Positions 1 through 12,012 are shown, counted from the stretch's first letter. The stretch: 64,000 bases of DNA from Phaeosaccion multiseriatum (GCA_965112735.1 OZ218963.1:2604001-2668000); one strand, 5' to 3'. Numbers and translations: made by a program. The notes: generated by a model not told the origin, from the sequence alone.

Positions 1-1
1 T

Positions 2-3000
2 TTGCGGCGGGGGATTGAGATTGAGATTGACAAGCTTCTCGCGGCTGCCATCATTCGCCCCAGCACTTCCAGCTGGGCCACTCCGCTGATGGCGGTCTTG
101 AAGACGGACGCAGCTGGCAAAACCAAGTGTCATGAGGATGGGACGCCTGTGGTACGTATGACGTGTGACTTGTCTCAGCTGAATGATGCGTGTCGCACGG
201 AGGCCCCTGCGATGCCGGTGATTGATGATCTGCTGGCAGAGATGCGTGGCTCCAAGGTGTTCTCGGTGATGGACATCATGTCGGGCTACTTCAATGTGTC
301 GATGGCATCAGCAGCGGAAGAGGACATATCCACCTTTGTGTGCCACAGTGGTACTTACGCTTGGCGAGTGATGCCGCAGGGCGCGAAGAATGCGCCTGCA
401 GTCTTTGTGCGGCTTATGAACAAGGTGCTCAAGGGGCTTCAGGAGCATGTGGCATGCTTTGTGGACGATATTGCTGTGTTTTCGGCTACGGTTGAGCAGC
501 ATCTGGAGCATTTGGATGCTGTGCTTGCGCGGTTGGTGGAGCACAAGCTCAAGTTGGAGCCGAGTAAGGCTGTATTGGGTGCACCGGAGGTGTGGTTCTG
601 CGGGCATTTGCTGGATCAGAATGGGGTGCGCACAGACCCGGCCAAGCATGCGGCGGTGCAAGAGCTGGTCAAGCCGTTCAGGTTGCTTGCGAAGGATGGC
701 GGCGTCAATCGAGTTAAGCAGGTGCGGCGTTTCATTGGCATGCTCAGCTACTTTCGCCGTTTCATTCCGGAGTTTGCGCGCAAAGTGCGGCCTCTCAATG
801 GGCTGCTGCGTAAGGGCGTCGACGTGAGCACCGCCTGGAATGCCTCGCACGATGCAGCTTGGGATGGACTCGTTGCCGACTTGTTGTCTTCCCCTGCACT
901 GGCTTTTCCGGAGTACGGGCCAGCGACGACTTTCACCCTGAGTACCGATGCCTCGACGGAGGGGTTAGCAGGAGTGCTCTCTCAGAAAGATGCGACCGGG
1001 GAGGAGCGTGTGGTGACGTTCATCAGTCGGGCTACCACGGAGACGGAGGCGCGACTGAGCAGCACGGAGCTGGAGCTGCTGGCAGTGGTGTGGTGTGTGC
1101 GCAAACTGGCCATGTACATCTGCCACTACCCCACCACAGTGGTGACGGACCATCAGCCCTTGTTGTGGTTGGCTGGGCACAAGGATACCAATTCCAAGCT
1201 GTTCAGATGGTACGAGCGGCTCTCTACGCACCACTTGCAGTTTGTGCATCGTCCCGGGAAGCAAATGGTGGTGCCTGACTGCCTCTCTCGCAACGCGCTT
1301 CCGGTGCAGGAGTGGGCGACGCATGCGGGGGTAGACTTGGCCATGGTTGCGTGCGGGTGGCCGTCGCCCTTGCACACCTGGTGTGCTTCGATGGGGGTGC
1401 AGTTGAACCTGGTGGAGATGGTAGGGGACGAGTGCAGCCTTCATTGGGAGGAGCCCACGGAGGGCGCACTGCTTCGCTTTCTCGCAGTGGCGCAACAGCT
1501 GCAGGGCGAAGCCGACACACGCCTTCCTATTCCTGTGCCTGCCGTGACGGCCCAGCAACAGCAGCAACGGTGCCACCACCAGCAGCAGAGCGGAGCGGAG
1601 GCCCTACAAGCCTGGCAGACTGCAGAGGTGGACTTGTCGGCGACGCAGTCACGCAAGGGTACTGCTCGGCGTGCTTGGACACAGCGTCTCCAGCAATGTG
1701 GATGGCAGCCTACGCGAGCACCTCAGCTGGGTGTGAAGAAGGCTGTGATAGAGGCCTGGCAGCCGGGTCAGATGCCGCCATTTGTGAGCCACATTTCCGC
1801 AGCGAGGTGCACGTACGTGTCTACGCCGAGGCACGTGCAGGCTCTATCGACTCAGTTGCGCACAGCCAAAGTGGTCGCTATGGATTCGGAGTGGGCGCGT
1901 CACCGACGGCGCGCGTCGCTGCTGCAATTGGCCGTGCAGGTTGGGCCGCTGCCGGATGTGGCGCGTGACTATGGGCTCTTGCTTGATCTAGACGCGCTTC
2001 AGAAGGCGGGGGGTATGATGGTACTGGCGCAAGAGTTGCGGGACCTGTGGGCCGAACCCTCGATTGTGAAGCTGGCTCACCACTGGAGTCACGACCAACG
2101 TGCCCTGGGCCGATGGCCGGCGCTCGCGGAGCATGTCCAGCACATCGTCAACTTGGTGGACACCAGTGACCTCTTTAAGCGCGTGTGCCCCGAACATGCT
2201 CAGTTCATCGGACTCCAGGACCTTGTCAGCATGTTTTTGGAGCAACACCTTAGCAAGGAGGAGCGGGCCACCGATTGGACGAAGCGGCCGCTGTCCGCCG
2301 CTCAACAGGAGTACGCGTTTGCTGACGCTGCGGCGCTCCTCCGCCTCTGGCCTCGCATGGCGGAGTGTGTGCCGTTCGTCCATGGTGGCCCGGGGGTGGA
2401 GCTTAGAGCGATGAGCCCTGCTCACACCCCTGCGGAGCAGGAGGAGATGCAAGTCGGCAGGTTCATGCAGGCCGCGGTTGGTTATTGGGGCGATCGCGAC
2501 CACGTGTCACCGCTCTACATCTTTGGTGTCCACTCCAAGACGTTGGAGGTATTCGACCTGGCCAAACTGCAATTCAAACTGCAGTGCTCGTGGGAGACAA
2601 TGATGCAGGTGGTGGAGCTGTTCACGCGGACATATAAGCGCCAGCGGAAGGTGGTGGGCGCGTTGGCCAGTCATCTAGATACCATGATCGAGTTGCCATG
2701 GAAGCAAGTCCGTCAGGTGTCATGTGACTACTTCTCGATGTGCACACCAGCGGAGGCTCAGCAAACGGGTGCCGCGGCCGCTCATGCGTGGGCTGCATGG
2801 GAGGCTGAGCTTGAGGAGGATGCGTCTCGTCTGCTCTCGGAGGTGTGTCCAGCTGCCGTTGCTGGTGCCACCGAGGGTGAGGAGCTTGTTCCGGAGGAGG
2901 GCCGCATCACCCCCCCTGGGGAGCCGCCTGCTGCGGAGTCGCCGTCGGAGCCTGGTACGGCAGATCTACTGGTCACGGAAGAAGCAGGGGATGCAGGTAA

Positions 3001-5053
3001 TGAAGCTGAGGATGCAGTGGATTCAGTTTCCAAGGAGCCGGTGGAGCAGGAGTCCACCTTGCAGCGCGAGCTTGATGGGCATCGACGAGAGGCAGAGCGA
3101 CAGTTTGGGTGGTCTCTACCAGGCACGGTGCCTGCTGCCGCGGCGCACAGACGAGCGGCTGGAGCTTTGGGTGGCAGTCTGCATGTCGAGGCCGCGTGGT
3201 GGGTGCGTGCGCAGCGGGCTGATGCGGAGCTGGAAGCACTCCGTCGCCGTGTTCAGGCTGGGCCCACCGGCGGCGTGGTGGATGCCGGTGGGGGTGAGTT
3301 CTTTGTGGATGAGGACGGGCTCTTGATGCGTAAGTGGGCTCCTGGGGGCTTTCGGTGGCGGGTGCGGCACACTCGGCTACAAGTATGTGTGCCCAAGGAG
3401 ATGCGGCCAGCCTTGCTGCATGCCGCCCACACCGATGCCATCGCAGGCGGGCACCAAGGCCCGGGACGTATGCTAGACGCGCTGCAAGAGCGCGTATGGT
3501 GGGAGAAGATGAATGCACATGCGCTGTATTGGGCCCGCTCCTGTCTGGCGTGCCAGACACGCAAGACTCCTCGCCGGCAGCCAAAGCCTGTGCCGCTGTC
3601 GTCCATTTCCAAGGTGGATGGACCTTGGGCGGTCATGGGCGCTGATGTGGCTGGCCCCTTTCCTATGGGCATGGGCGGTGAGGAGTACCTCTTGGTGTTT
3701 CAGGATTGGTTCACGAAGTGGACAGTGGTGGTGCCTTTGAGGGCACAGGACTATACGGCGGAAGGTATTGCTCGGGCCTTCGTGCGGCATGTCGTCACCA
3801 CCCTGGGTGTGCCCCGAGTGCTGGTGAGTGATCAAGGCTCGCAGTTCACCAGTGCGCTCATGGGCGATGTGATGCGGGTTCTATCGGCGTCGCAAGTGTT
3901 CACGACGCCGATGCACCAACAGGCCAATGGGCAGGTGGAGCGCTTCATGGCCACGATCAAGGACATGTTGGCGACGACCGTGGAGTCACAGATGCAGCAG
4001 TGGCCAGATTACGTCGCCGGGCTCACCTATGCGTACAACTGCCGCTCGCAGGAGAGCACGGGGATGGCGCCATTCTACGCCTTGTTCGGTCGGCACCCCC
4101 CGGTGCCTCTACAGGCGATGCTTCCGGCGCTAGTGGAGGACGGGTCGTTTTCGTCTGCCTCGGCATGGGTCCACGAACTGCGGGCACGTCTGGCTGCGGC
4201 TGCGGCGGTGGTAAATGGGAGGCGCTGCGACTACCACGGGAGATTGCAGCTGAAGAACGCCTCACGCCGTTGGCCGACGCCCCTGCGACCCGGAACCAAG
4301 GTGATGTTGTATCGTCCTGGTGCCGCCGCCCAGCAAGAAGGGGAAGAACTCGAAGGGCCCCCGTCAGCGCAACTCAAGGCTCTGCAGCACTCGTGGGATG
4401 GTCCTTATACAGTCTTGCCTTGGCCATCTCTGGGGGCCTACTGTGCTCAGCATGGGCGGGTGAGTGAAGAGCACTATCAGGTCATGCAGCGCAGCGCAGT
4501 GTATCTGTCTATGAAACGGGTGCGCGGCAATGGTGTGGAGCAGCTGCAACGGGCGTACCACAGAGATTTGACGAAGCCGTTCATCGATGGGGTGAGCGAG
4601 CGGCCCTTCGGTCTCCCGGAAGGGTTCGCCAGGTATCATATCCGTTGGTGCTCTCCTCAGTGGGCTACCAGCGCAATGCAGGAGCAGCGTAGCTTAGAGC
4701 TGGACGAGGTGAGTGAGGGGAAAGTGCCCACGCTGGCGAGGATTGTGAAGTTCCGCTGGCGCAAAGCCACGGGGCTGCCACTGCGGCGAGAGTATAACGT
4801 GCGGTGGGCCGTGTCGGACGGCGGCACTTTCCAGACCTGGGAATGGGCTGAGTGGTTACTGGAGCGGGGACACGCCAAGGCCATAGAGGCGTTCGAGAAC
4901 GCCCTTCCGCACACTGCCCTTGATCCAGGAGTGAATGTCAAAAAAGGGAGAAGGTTTAAACGGGAAAGCACGATCCGTCTGCGGCAACATGAGAAGTGGG
5001 GCAGCGGGCTGGCGCACGAGACGCAATTCTATCGCTCGCATCTCGGCTTCTGA
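2..5053 (+). CDS. pol: Exo-Gypsy Pol, copy 1 (5' end outside the window): RT - RNase H - DEDDy exonuclease - integrase - chromodomain-like C-terminus
   Basis: One open ORF. RT motifs DIMSGYF, VMPQG and FVDD; RNase H LSTDAS, ELELLAVV and TDHQPL; exonuclease VAMDSEW, HHWSHD and YAFAD; integrase HHCC (HAAH..GH..CLAC) plus DDE core (GADVAG, SDQGSQF, NGQVER); GPY motif; EYNVRW..TWE. Confidence 0.96.
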   Translation: MRRGIEIEIDKLLAAAIIRPSTSSWATPLMAVLKTDAAGKTKCHEDGTPVVRMTCDLSQLNDACRTEAPAMPVIDDLLAEMRGSKVFSVMDIMSGYFNVSMASAAEEDISTFVCHSGTYAWRVMPQGAKNAPAVFVRLMNKVLKGLQEHVACFVDDIAVFSATVEQHLEHLDAVLARLVEHKLKLEPSKAVLGAPEVWFCGHLLDQNGVRTDPAKHAAVQELVKPFRLLAKDGGVNRVKQVRRFIGMLSYFRRFIPEFARKVRPLNGLLRKGVDVSTAWNASHDAAWDGLVADLLSSPALAFPEYGPATTFTLSTDASTEGLAGVLSQKDATGEERVVTFISRATTETEARLSSTELELLAVVWCVRKLAMYICHYPTTVVTDHQPLLWLAGHKDTNSKLFRWYERLSTHHLQFVHRPGKQMVVPDCLSRNALPVQEWATHAGVDLAMVACGWPSPLHTWCASMGVQLNLVEMVGDECSLHWEEPTEGALLRFLAVAQQLQGEADTRLPIPVPAVTAQQQQQRCHHQQQSGAEALQAWQTAEVDLSATQSRKGTARRAWTQRLQQCGWQPTRAPQLGVKKAVIEAWQPGQMPPFVSHISAARCTYVSTPRHVQALSTQLRTAKVVAMDSEWARHRRRASLLQLAVQVGPLPDVARDYGLLLDLDALQKAGGMMVLAQELRDLWAEPSIVKLAHHWSHDQRALGRWPALAEHVQHIVNLVDTSDLFKRVCPEHAQFIGLQDLVSMFLEQHLSKEERATDWTKRPLSAAQQEYAFADAAALLRLWPRMAECVPFVHGGPGVELRAMSPAHTPAEQEEMQVGRFMQAAVGYWGDRDHVSPLYIFGVHSKTLEVFDLAKLQFKLQCSWETMMQVVELFTRTYKRQRKVVGALASHLDTMIELPWKQVRQVSCDYFSMCTPAEAQQTGAAAAHAWAAWEAELEEDASRLLSEVCPAAVAGATEGEELVPEEGRITPPGEPPAAESPSEPGTADLLVTEEAGDAGNEAEDAVDSVSKEPVEQESTLQRELDGHRREAERQFGWSLPGTVPAAAAHRRAAGALGGSLHVEAAWWVRAQRADAELEALRRRVQAGPTGGVVDAGGGEFFVDEDGLLMRKWAPGGFRWRVRHTRLQVCVPKEMRPALLHAAHTDAIAGGHQGPGRMLDALQERVWWEKMNAHALYWARSCLACQTRKTPRRQPKPVPLSSISKVDGPWAVMGADVAGPFPMGMGGEEYLLVFQDWFTKWTVVVPLRAQDYTAEGIARAFVRHVVTTLGVPRVLVSDQGSQFTSALMGDVMRVLSASQVFTTPMHQQANGQVERFMATIKDMLATTVESQMQQWPDYVAGLTYAYNCRSQESTGMAPFYALFGRHPPVPLQAMLPALVEDGSFSSASAWVHELRARLAAAAAVVNGRRCDYHGRLQLKNASRRWPTPLRPGTKVMLYRPGAAAQQEGEELEGPPSAQLKALQHSWDGPYTVLPWPSLGAYCAQHGRVSEEHYQVMQRSAVYLSMKRVRGNGVEQLQRAYHRDLTKPFIDGVSERPFGLPEGFARYHIRWCSPQWATSAMQEQRSLELDEVSEGKVPTLARIVKFRWRKATGLPLRREYNVRWAVSDGGTFQTWEWAEWLLERGHAKAIEAFENALPHTALDPGVNVKKGRRFKRESTIRLRQHEKWGSGLAHETQFYRSHLGF

Positions 5054-5091
5054 GGGAGCTGGCGGAAGAGGCGGGGGTGTAGTGAGGGGGA

Positions 5092-5286
5092 TGTTAGAAG
5101 TGGCCTAGTTGGGGTCCCTTGGGGACCCAATCAGGGGTGTAACGGCCGGAAAACGGGCCAACGAGACGGTAAATCAGTAATAAAGAAAGGAAGCGCAGCC
5201 TGCGTGTGGGCTGGCTTCCGGGTGCTTGCTTCAGCTTCTGCTCTGCTCTAGCTTGGCTTTGAGGCTAGCTGTCGGTAGTTTCGACA
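5092..5286 (+). repeat. Exo-Gypsy 3' LTR (195 bp), preceded by a purine-rich PPT
   Basis: TGTTAGAAGT...AGTTTCGACA follows GAGGGGGA. Near-identical copies at 12013-12207, 43586-43780, 45482-45676 and 47404-47598. Confidence 0.9.
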
Positions 5287-5424
5287 CAGACGTGCCCGCA
5301 GTTCGTGGACCCATGCCGAGGCAGACGAAAACGACCCGTCCTCCACTAGCGCCGGAAGCATCGCCTGTAGAGGCACCGGGGGGTGCCGACCGAACAAGGC
5401 GTAGAATGGCGCCATCCCCGTGCC
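5287..5424 (-). mobile_element. Inverted fragment of an Exo-Gypsy integrase region (probable target of the copy 1 insertion)
   Basis: Reverse complement of about 4056-4192. Confidence 0.8.
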
Positions 5425-5427
5425 TCC

Positions 5428-7296
5428 ACTAGGCCACTTCTAACAGAGGTCAATACTCTGACCACTGCTAATGACTTACTCTCGCACTCTTCCACTGATG
5501 AGGAAATCGCCCACCTTAGTGGCGAGCTGAACGTGTGGGGTGACATGACCTCTCGCTTCCGCTCGGTCCCAGGCTCTGCTACAAAGCCTCTTGATCCTCC
5601 GGAAGACCACACTGTACGCGTGAGTGCCCTCCAACGCACCTTCTCTCCAGGATCAGTGCACGACTCCATGGACAGTGACTTTGAGTGGCCCTCTCTCGAG
5701 GAGATTCGCTCTTCTCAAGCGGCTGCCCAAGGCACGCTCACTCTCGAAGCGCTTGCAGCTCAGCAGCACCTTGCTTCTCTGGAGCATGATGCTGACCTCG
5801 ACGCCATTGTGGTGCCTCAATCGGCGTCTTCACGTCCTTTGTGGATACCCAGTGACGACATTGACCTACAAGTCCGACTCTCTGTCATTGCACATCAAGG
5901 ATCGGCAGGGCATCGCGCTGCCGATACCACTCTCTCCGTTCTCTCGGAACGATTCCACTGGCACACCATTGGTGCCGACCTGACTCGCTTTGTTGACCTC
6001 TGCCTCCATTGCCTCACCAACTCCCATGGGCATCGCATACCTCGCCCTCTTCGCGGTGCGGTCCACCCTACCAAGCCCAATCAGATGATTCATTTCGACT
6101 TCGTCCACATGCATGACTTGGGCTGCACTTCCTTGCCATACCTGTTGGTCATCCAAGATGCCTTCAGTGGTTACACCATGCTCAACGAATGCGCTTCCAC
6201 CACTGCAGACGCAGCTGTCGGTGGATTGATGCGCTGGTTCAGCACATTTGGAGTAGTGAGCAAGTGGCAGAGTGATCGAGGCAGTCACTTCCTCAACCAT
6301 GTGATGAAGCGCCTAGCGACTGAGCTTCGCGCCAAACATCGCTTCTCGGCTCCATACTCTGCTTGGAGTAATGGTCTCGCTGAACGAGCTGTACGCACTG
6401 TCGTTTCAGTCTACCGCTCTCTCCTCTCTGAGTTTCGCATTGACGCGGACGACTACAATCTGATCACACGCTCTGGTCCAAGCTGCCATCAACACCACGA
6501 TCAGCTCGACCCGCAAAGAGACTCCACTCTTTCTGCACACTGGCCTACGTTCGACGACTCCACTTGATATCGTCTTGCAACAGGGCGACAGCTTCGATGT
6601 TGACTTCCAATCTTCGCCGCCAACTCTTGAACAGCTCAACCACTATGGTGCTCAGCTGCAAGCGGTTCTTGAAGTTGCTGCTCAACTTGAGCGCTCGCGG
6701 GCGACGGCTCGCGACCGTCACAATCGTCGTCTGGACACTACTCGTCTTGGACATCAACACCGCAAGGAGCTGGCTCTCTCGGCGGCCCTCAACTACGAAG
6801 GCCTCTACATGCCGGGCATCTATGTCCTTGTCGCTTCCAAGAGCCGCTACTCCAAGCTCTCTGGAGTCTGGCAAGGCCCTATAAAGTGCTGGAGGAGATT
6901 GACACTCTGGTCTACAAAGTGCAACATCTTGTCTCGAAGCAAACCTCTGAAGTGCACGCTTGCCGCTTGCGCTACTACGCTGACCAGCATCTCAATGTCA
7001 GTACTGAGCTGCTTAAGCAGATCTCACACGACTCAGCCTCCTGGGTTGTCTCCGCCTTCAAGGACCTACAACGTCCCTCTCAAGGCGCACCCTGGCAGGT
7101 TCACACCTCCTGGAAGGGCTTCAATGCCACCGACGATACTTGGGAACCTTTGACAGTCATGAATGATGACGTTCCTGCTCTCTTAGAGCAATTCCTCTCC
7201 TCTTTCCCTCGTCGTTCTTTGGCGGAGGATGCTAAGCGCTTCCTTCGGTCTCGCGACCCCTCGTCACGCCGACGCCCGCGAGCAGGCCGCCGATAA
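5428..7296 (+). pseudogene. Degenerate Gypsy (clade 2) integrase and chromodomain, frameshifted
   Basis: HQGSAGH..CLHC, IHFDF, WQSDRGSHF and NGLAER; WQGP; chromodomain WKGF..DTWEPL. Split over ORFs 5383-6567, 6575-7153 and 6886-7296. Confidence 0.88.
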
Positions 7297-7411
7297 GGAA
7301 ACCCTTCGGGAACCCTTTTTGGTTACTTTTCTTCTTCTTCTCTCTCTCTCATCTTCTCTTTTAGCATTTAGTCACGCTCTCGTTAGTCGAGCTTCTCTCT
7401 CGAGAGGGAAG

Positions 7412-7617
7412 TGTTGCCCCTACAGCCTCATATTCATTGCCTTAGTACGTGTAACTGTCACCATGCCCATATGACATCTTACGTGGCACAATGAGGTGGC
7501 ACACAGCCCACCAGGAGTAGTAGTCTGTGGCGCTCCCTCACTCTTAGCTTATCCACCCTAAAGCTAAAGGAGACTCGGTTCTTTACTAGAGCTGAGGCAA
7601 GGCCTCCAAACTTTACA
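7412..7617 (+). repeat. Putative 3' LTR of the clade 2 Gypsy (right end uncertain)
   Basis: TGTTG begins immediately after the PPT GAGAGGGAAG. Confidence 0.5.
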
Positions 7618-7894
7618 ACCTTGCACCCATCGCTTCAAATATTGGCTCACTTTCCGACTTGCTAGCGATAGCGGGATTGGCTACATTTCGCAACGCTGGT
7701 AAATATAGCCCCCCCTTCTATTGCCCTCTGGGGCCGAGAAGGATAATACTGCGATGCTCTTAGCGCTATTAGCGCTACTGCTGAAGAGAGAGAAGAAAGG
7801 AAAGCTGCACACTGTTCTCGCCAAATGAAAAACAAGGTTTGCATATTTGTCCTTCGCTGCTTCCACCTCGTCCGTGGGTGCAGGCGTGCGAGAC

Positions 7895-10546
7895 CTAATC
7901 GTCCTTCCCCATGAGGGCGGGCCAGGCGGCCTTGAGATAGCCCGATCCCGAAGTCACTGTCAGCACCGTCGACCCCACAAGGAGGTACTGCAGGAGGCAG
8001 GCAGGCAGACAGGTCCATCATCCAGAGAAGAGAGACAAGACAGAGTCAGGCACATCAGAGAGACGGGAGGGAGAAGAGAGACACCAGTGCGGCGCAGCGA
8101 GAGAGGGCTTTCCCATCTCCTATAAACCCGCTGCGCATTACTCATCAGTACTCATGGTGTGGGGCGAGAGTAGCGCTTGCCCCGCGCCATGCTGTTCGTG
8201 TTCTGCCTACTCGCTCATCTCCCCCTTTCTCCAACAAACACACACCTTCGTGGCGGCGAAGCACGACTTGGGGATGATAGTGTTGTCGCAGCCCGGCATC
8301 AGCAAGAGTAGGCCCGTGATGGACACCATGGTGAAAGCAGTCTTGACTTTTCCCGCCATGCCCACCTGCCATGGCAAACCCAGTCAAAGTGGGGTCCATA
8401 GTTACTGGGAGAGGACAGAACGAAGAGGGAGAGCGAGACGAGAGTTCCGAACTCTTCCAAGAAGGGTCATCCCAAAACAGCAAAATCACAGAAGATAATG
8501 ATGGTGATGGTCGCAAAGAAAGAGTCACCCCCTGTTCCATGCGGCGCACCGTCAGTCGCTCACCTTGACGTTGCCCCTCTTGCCGATCTGAGCCATCCAC
8601 TCTCGAAGCGCGCTGATGCCAATTTCCCGAGCGATAATGATGGCGGTGCATGCAGTCATCCAAATGCCGAGTCTCTCCGCGAGCAGGATCAGCGCTGTCG
8701 ACACCATGAGCTGAGGCACGAGGGCAGCAGCAGTCGTCGCATGCAGCAGGACAAGGAAGCACGTAGTACGGGGGTTGGGGTCAGGAGTGAACTTGAGGTA
8801 AAGGTCTAGAGAGTGGAATACGGGCCACCAAAGAGAGAGGAGTGAGTCGCCAAGTAGGAGGCAGATACACGTCCAATCGAGCACCTGCAGCTCGAGAGAT
8901 ATGCCCCCACCTGCAACATTGAACACAATCGACACGACTGTTTCGTACCTTGTCAGCGACTGGATCCAGAAAGGCACCAAAGGCACTGACAATGTTGTAT
9001 TTCCTCGCCCACCAGCCATCGACATAGTCCGTGATGGCTGCCAGAGCAAAGATGGTCGCCGCCACCACATTCCGGGAGGGGATGTCCATGTAGAAGACGC
9101 TGATACACGAACGAAAGTACAGCATACAGCACGGGCCATGGGCTGGGGTCAGGGGAAACATACGCACGCCCTTAGACAACAGCAGCGGCAAAGAGGAGCC
9201 ACGAGGTAGGCACCCCGTGGGTGAGAAACAGCCCCCAGAGGCCCTGAGGGCCTCACACAGCAAGAGCGGGAAGGGCAACTTTCCCGACGAGGTTCGAGAG
9301 AATAAGATAGGGACTCGGAATGTGTGGTGTAGGACACTCCCACCTCCCCTAAACTGACCCCGGCCACCAGGTCTAATGTTTGAAATGCCGCAGCAGGCCT
9401 GACATCAAAAGGGACTCACGTGGCGAAGACCGGGATGGAGGCCAGGCGCAGGAGAGAGAGCACGTTCGGCACGTTCCATAAGGGCGCCTTCTCCGGCGAC
9501 AATTCAATTGAAGACACCGACTCGGGCCCCAGTCCTGTGGAGGTGACGTGCGACTGCTGCTGGAGAGGGCGGCGACGCAGCACGGGAAGCGGAGCGATAA
9601 GGGAGTAGCAGCTACGGTTTAGAGAGTACACAGGTAAGAAACCCGCACAACTGGGCAACAAAATACGATGGACAACCGCAGCTCAAAGCCCTCAGGGATG
9701 GAAAACCAGGGACCCCCCTCCGCATGGACAGGACACCGCTACTCTAGTGTACTGGGGGATCCGACACGCCCTGCCAAGATGATCTCTACCCACCTCTGCC
9801 GCAGGCCCCCCGCCCTGGGGCCCATCGTCGCGGCTATCTATACCCCCCGCCAGTGCGACGCCTAATGCCCCTCCTCTGAGCCCCGTCAGGCACAGACTTC
9901 CCTGGACACCTCCGCCTGCTCCGGCTCCTGCTTGTGCTCCCGCTGACTTTACCCAAGCACCCGTCTGTGCAGTGGAAGCATTCACACATTGCCATTGTCT
10001 TTTCAAGCGAGTGAAATGGTACACACGTGTGCCCAATAGCTAAATATCCTACACACCGAGAGAGGGAGATCTAAAAGAAATGTATCCTACAAACAGGGAG
10101 AAGAAGAGCTTTTTTCCCCGGTCTTTCCTGTTCCAAGCTTTAGTTCCCCTCTCTCACCAGAGAATACCGACTGCCCCCGCGCCCTCGAAGGCCCAACCCG
10201 CCTCCTCCCACTTCTGTTGCTCCAACGTGAAAGGCAGGAGTTGCGCTGAAGCCGCAAACGCTGTAGCCGCAAACGCCGTAGCACAGCGCAAAAAGAGTTG
10301 ACCTGAAGGAGAGGGCGAGGGGGAGGCTTAAACAAGCAACATTAACGTGACTTAAACAGGACATCAACTGCAGCAACAGCAGAGAGAGGTTTGCATGCAG
10401 GAGCGAAGTCCGACTCACGCGAGGAGAACGAGTTGCTGTTGCTGTTTTCTTCTCCTGCTCAAGCAGTGCTGCTTGTGGCGTGGCTGGCCGCTCAAAGTGC
10501 CCAATCTCCGAAAGCCGCAAAAGAAATTACTCCTGTTTTCTTCCAT
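7895..10546 (-). CDS. pgsA: CDP-diacylglycerol--glycerol-3-phosphate 3-phosphatidyltransferase (PGP synthase), spliced. Predicted exons: 10546-10419, 10302-10168, 9611-9420, 9099-8949, 8710-8564, 8365-8246, 7987-7895
   Basis: Phase-consistent GT-AG introns join LWNVPNVLSLLR, TDYVDGWWAR..FGAFLDPVADKL (CDP-alcohol phosphotransferase motif), IIAREIGISALRE, GKVKTAFTMVSI and YLLVGSTVLTVTSGSGYL..stop. The two 5' exons give a hydrophobic signal plus a GF/AF motif and are less certain. Confidence 0.88.
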
Positions 10547-11192
10547 TTTTCTTCACATCAGGGTCGGGGGCGGCGCGCCCATCAGGCCTCAAAAAGAGCG
10601 CAGATGTCGACTCTACATGGGTTGGTGATACACCCCCCCCTCTTTTCAGCTTTTCAGTCCACTACGTCCTGACACCTAGTACTACCCATGCCTTCCCCTC
10701 GAGCGCTCTCTCGCTCGGTCAGGCTAACTGCTAATACTTGTAATTGTTTATATTGTGTAAGGGGGGGTAAATGCGATTTCCAGGGGGTGCCAAAGCAGGG
10801 CAGGCAGACGCGTCTGCCTCGCCCTTACTCCCATCCACCCCGTTGGATTCCCGATAATCCCACTCGTCCCCCCGGGCCGGGCGGGTGGGGAAACTTTCGC
10901 TGTCGCTGCCGTCTCCTTCGCGCGGTGGACTGCTGGGCTGCTCCGCCCCTTCGCTGTCCTTCTCACCGCGCTGAGCTCTTCGGCACTTGCTACAACTCTT
11001 GCGACGCTGTGCTCGCGTCGCCTCCTCTTTTCACAGTTGTGACTGCTAAATTCTTGCTATACCCCGGTGGGGTGGGCGTCTTACGTGTCGAACGGGCCGC
11101 TAGGCCCCTTGCGTCGGTCGGCGCGGCGTACCCTTGCCTTCAACCATTTCTTGACTGTAACACTGTAACTGCCTATCCTCCCCGTGTTAAGC

Positions 11193-12012
11193 TGTGCCCA
11201 CAAGCTCTACAAAGGGTTTAGAGAATACTCCACAGGCTTTGTGCCAATGTGTGAAGCCTCCTATTATAATCTTGTAGCCTGCTCGTCGAGCGAGGTACCT
11301 TGTTGAATAAAAGAAAAGAAAGTGGAAGTCCAAAGGACATTCCAGAAAAGGGGTCCTGACACCAATACTGACATAGCCCTATTTTAACCCCGGGCAAGTA
11401 TCAATATCGACCTAGACCCAGACAGCACACTGCCTCCAAGGCGAGCTCGGGAGGGACTACCCTCAAGACTAAGCTTTACGTACAGCATCCTCAATGTCGT
11501 GAACGCGCAGCTCTCTTGCGTACCTTCTTCGTCGGCGGTCCTGAGCCTCGAGACAGAAACTCCCGAGCTCGACTGACAAGCTCCTGGTCTGGGAAGTTCT
11601 TAAGAAAGGTCTCCAAAAGGACAGGCACATCAGCCGCAAGCGTACGGATGGGCTCCATGCTGTTCTCCTCCGGCTCAAAGCCAACCCACTGAACTTGGAC
11701 GAGAAAGTCGCCACCCTCATCCTCGACGAGGTCGACGAATCTCTCCACAGTCCACAAGGGAGTGTCGTACTGGATCTGGGCGAGTGCGTCAGTGCTGACA
11801 CCAACACTCGCATCACAATAGTAGCGTAGCCGTGAAGCATGATCAGTGAAGCGCCTCTTCTTGCCAATCAGCTCCTCCACTTCATATACCATGGGGCTCA
11901 CCTCACAGATCACTCTGTAGGGCCCACTCCACACTCCACGCAGCTTGCTATGGGCCGAAACGTTGGCCATATTGACAAAGACACCAGGAACGAAGACGCC
12001 AGTGTGACCAAG
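11193..12012 (-). mobile_element. 3' remnant of a clade 2 Gypsy: GPY and chromodomain ORF (11491-11970), PPT, and an LTR starting at 11429 (far end uncertain)
   Basis: WSGPYRV and QWVGF..NSMEP motifs; GGAGGCAG followed by TGTGC on the minus strand. Confidence 0.75.

Noticed and set aside
308-5041. Numerous overlapping short ORFs within pol
   Set aside because: Shadow ORFs expected in GC-rich coding DNA; they recur only because the element is repeated.
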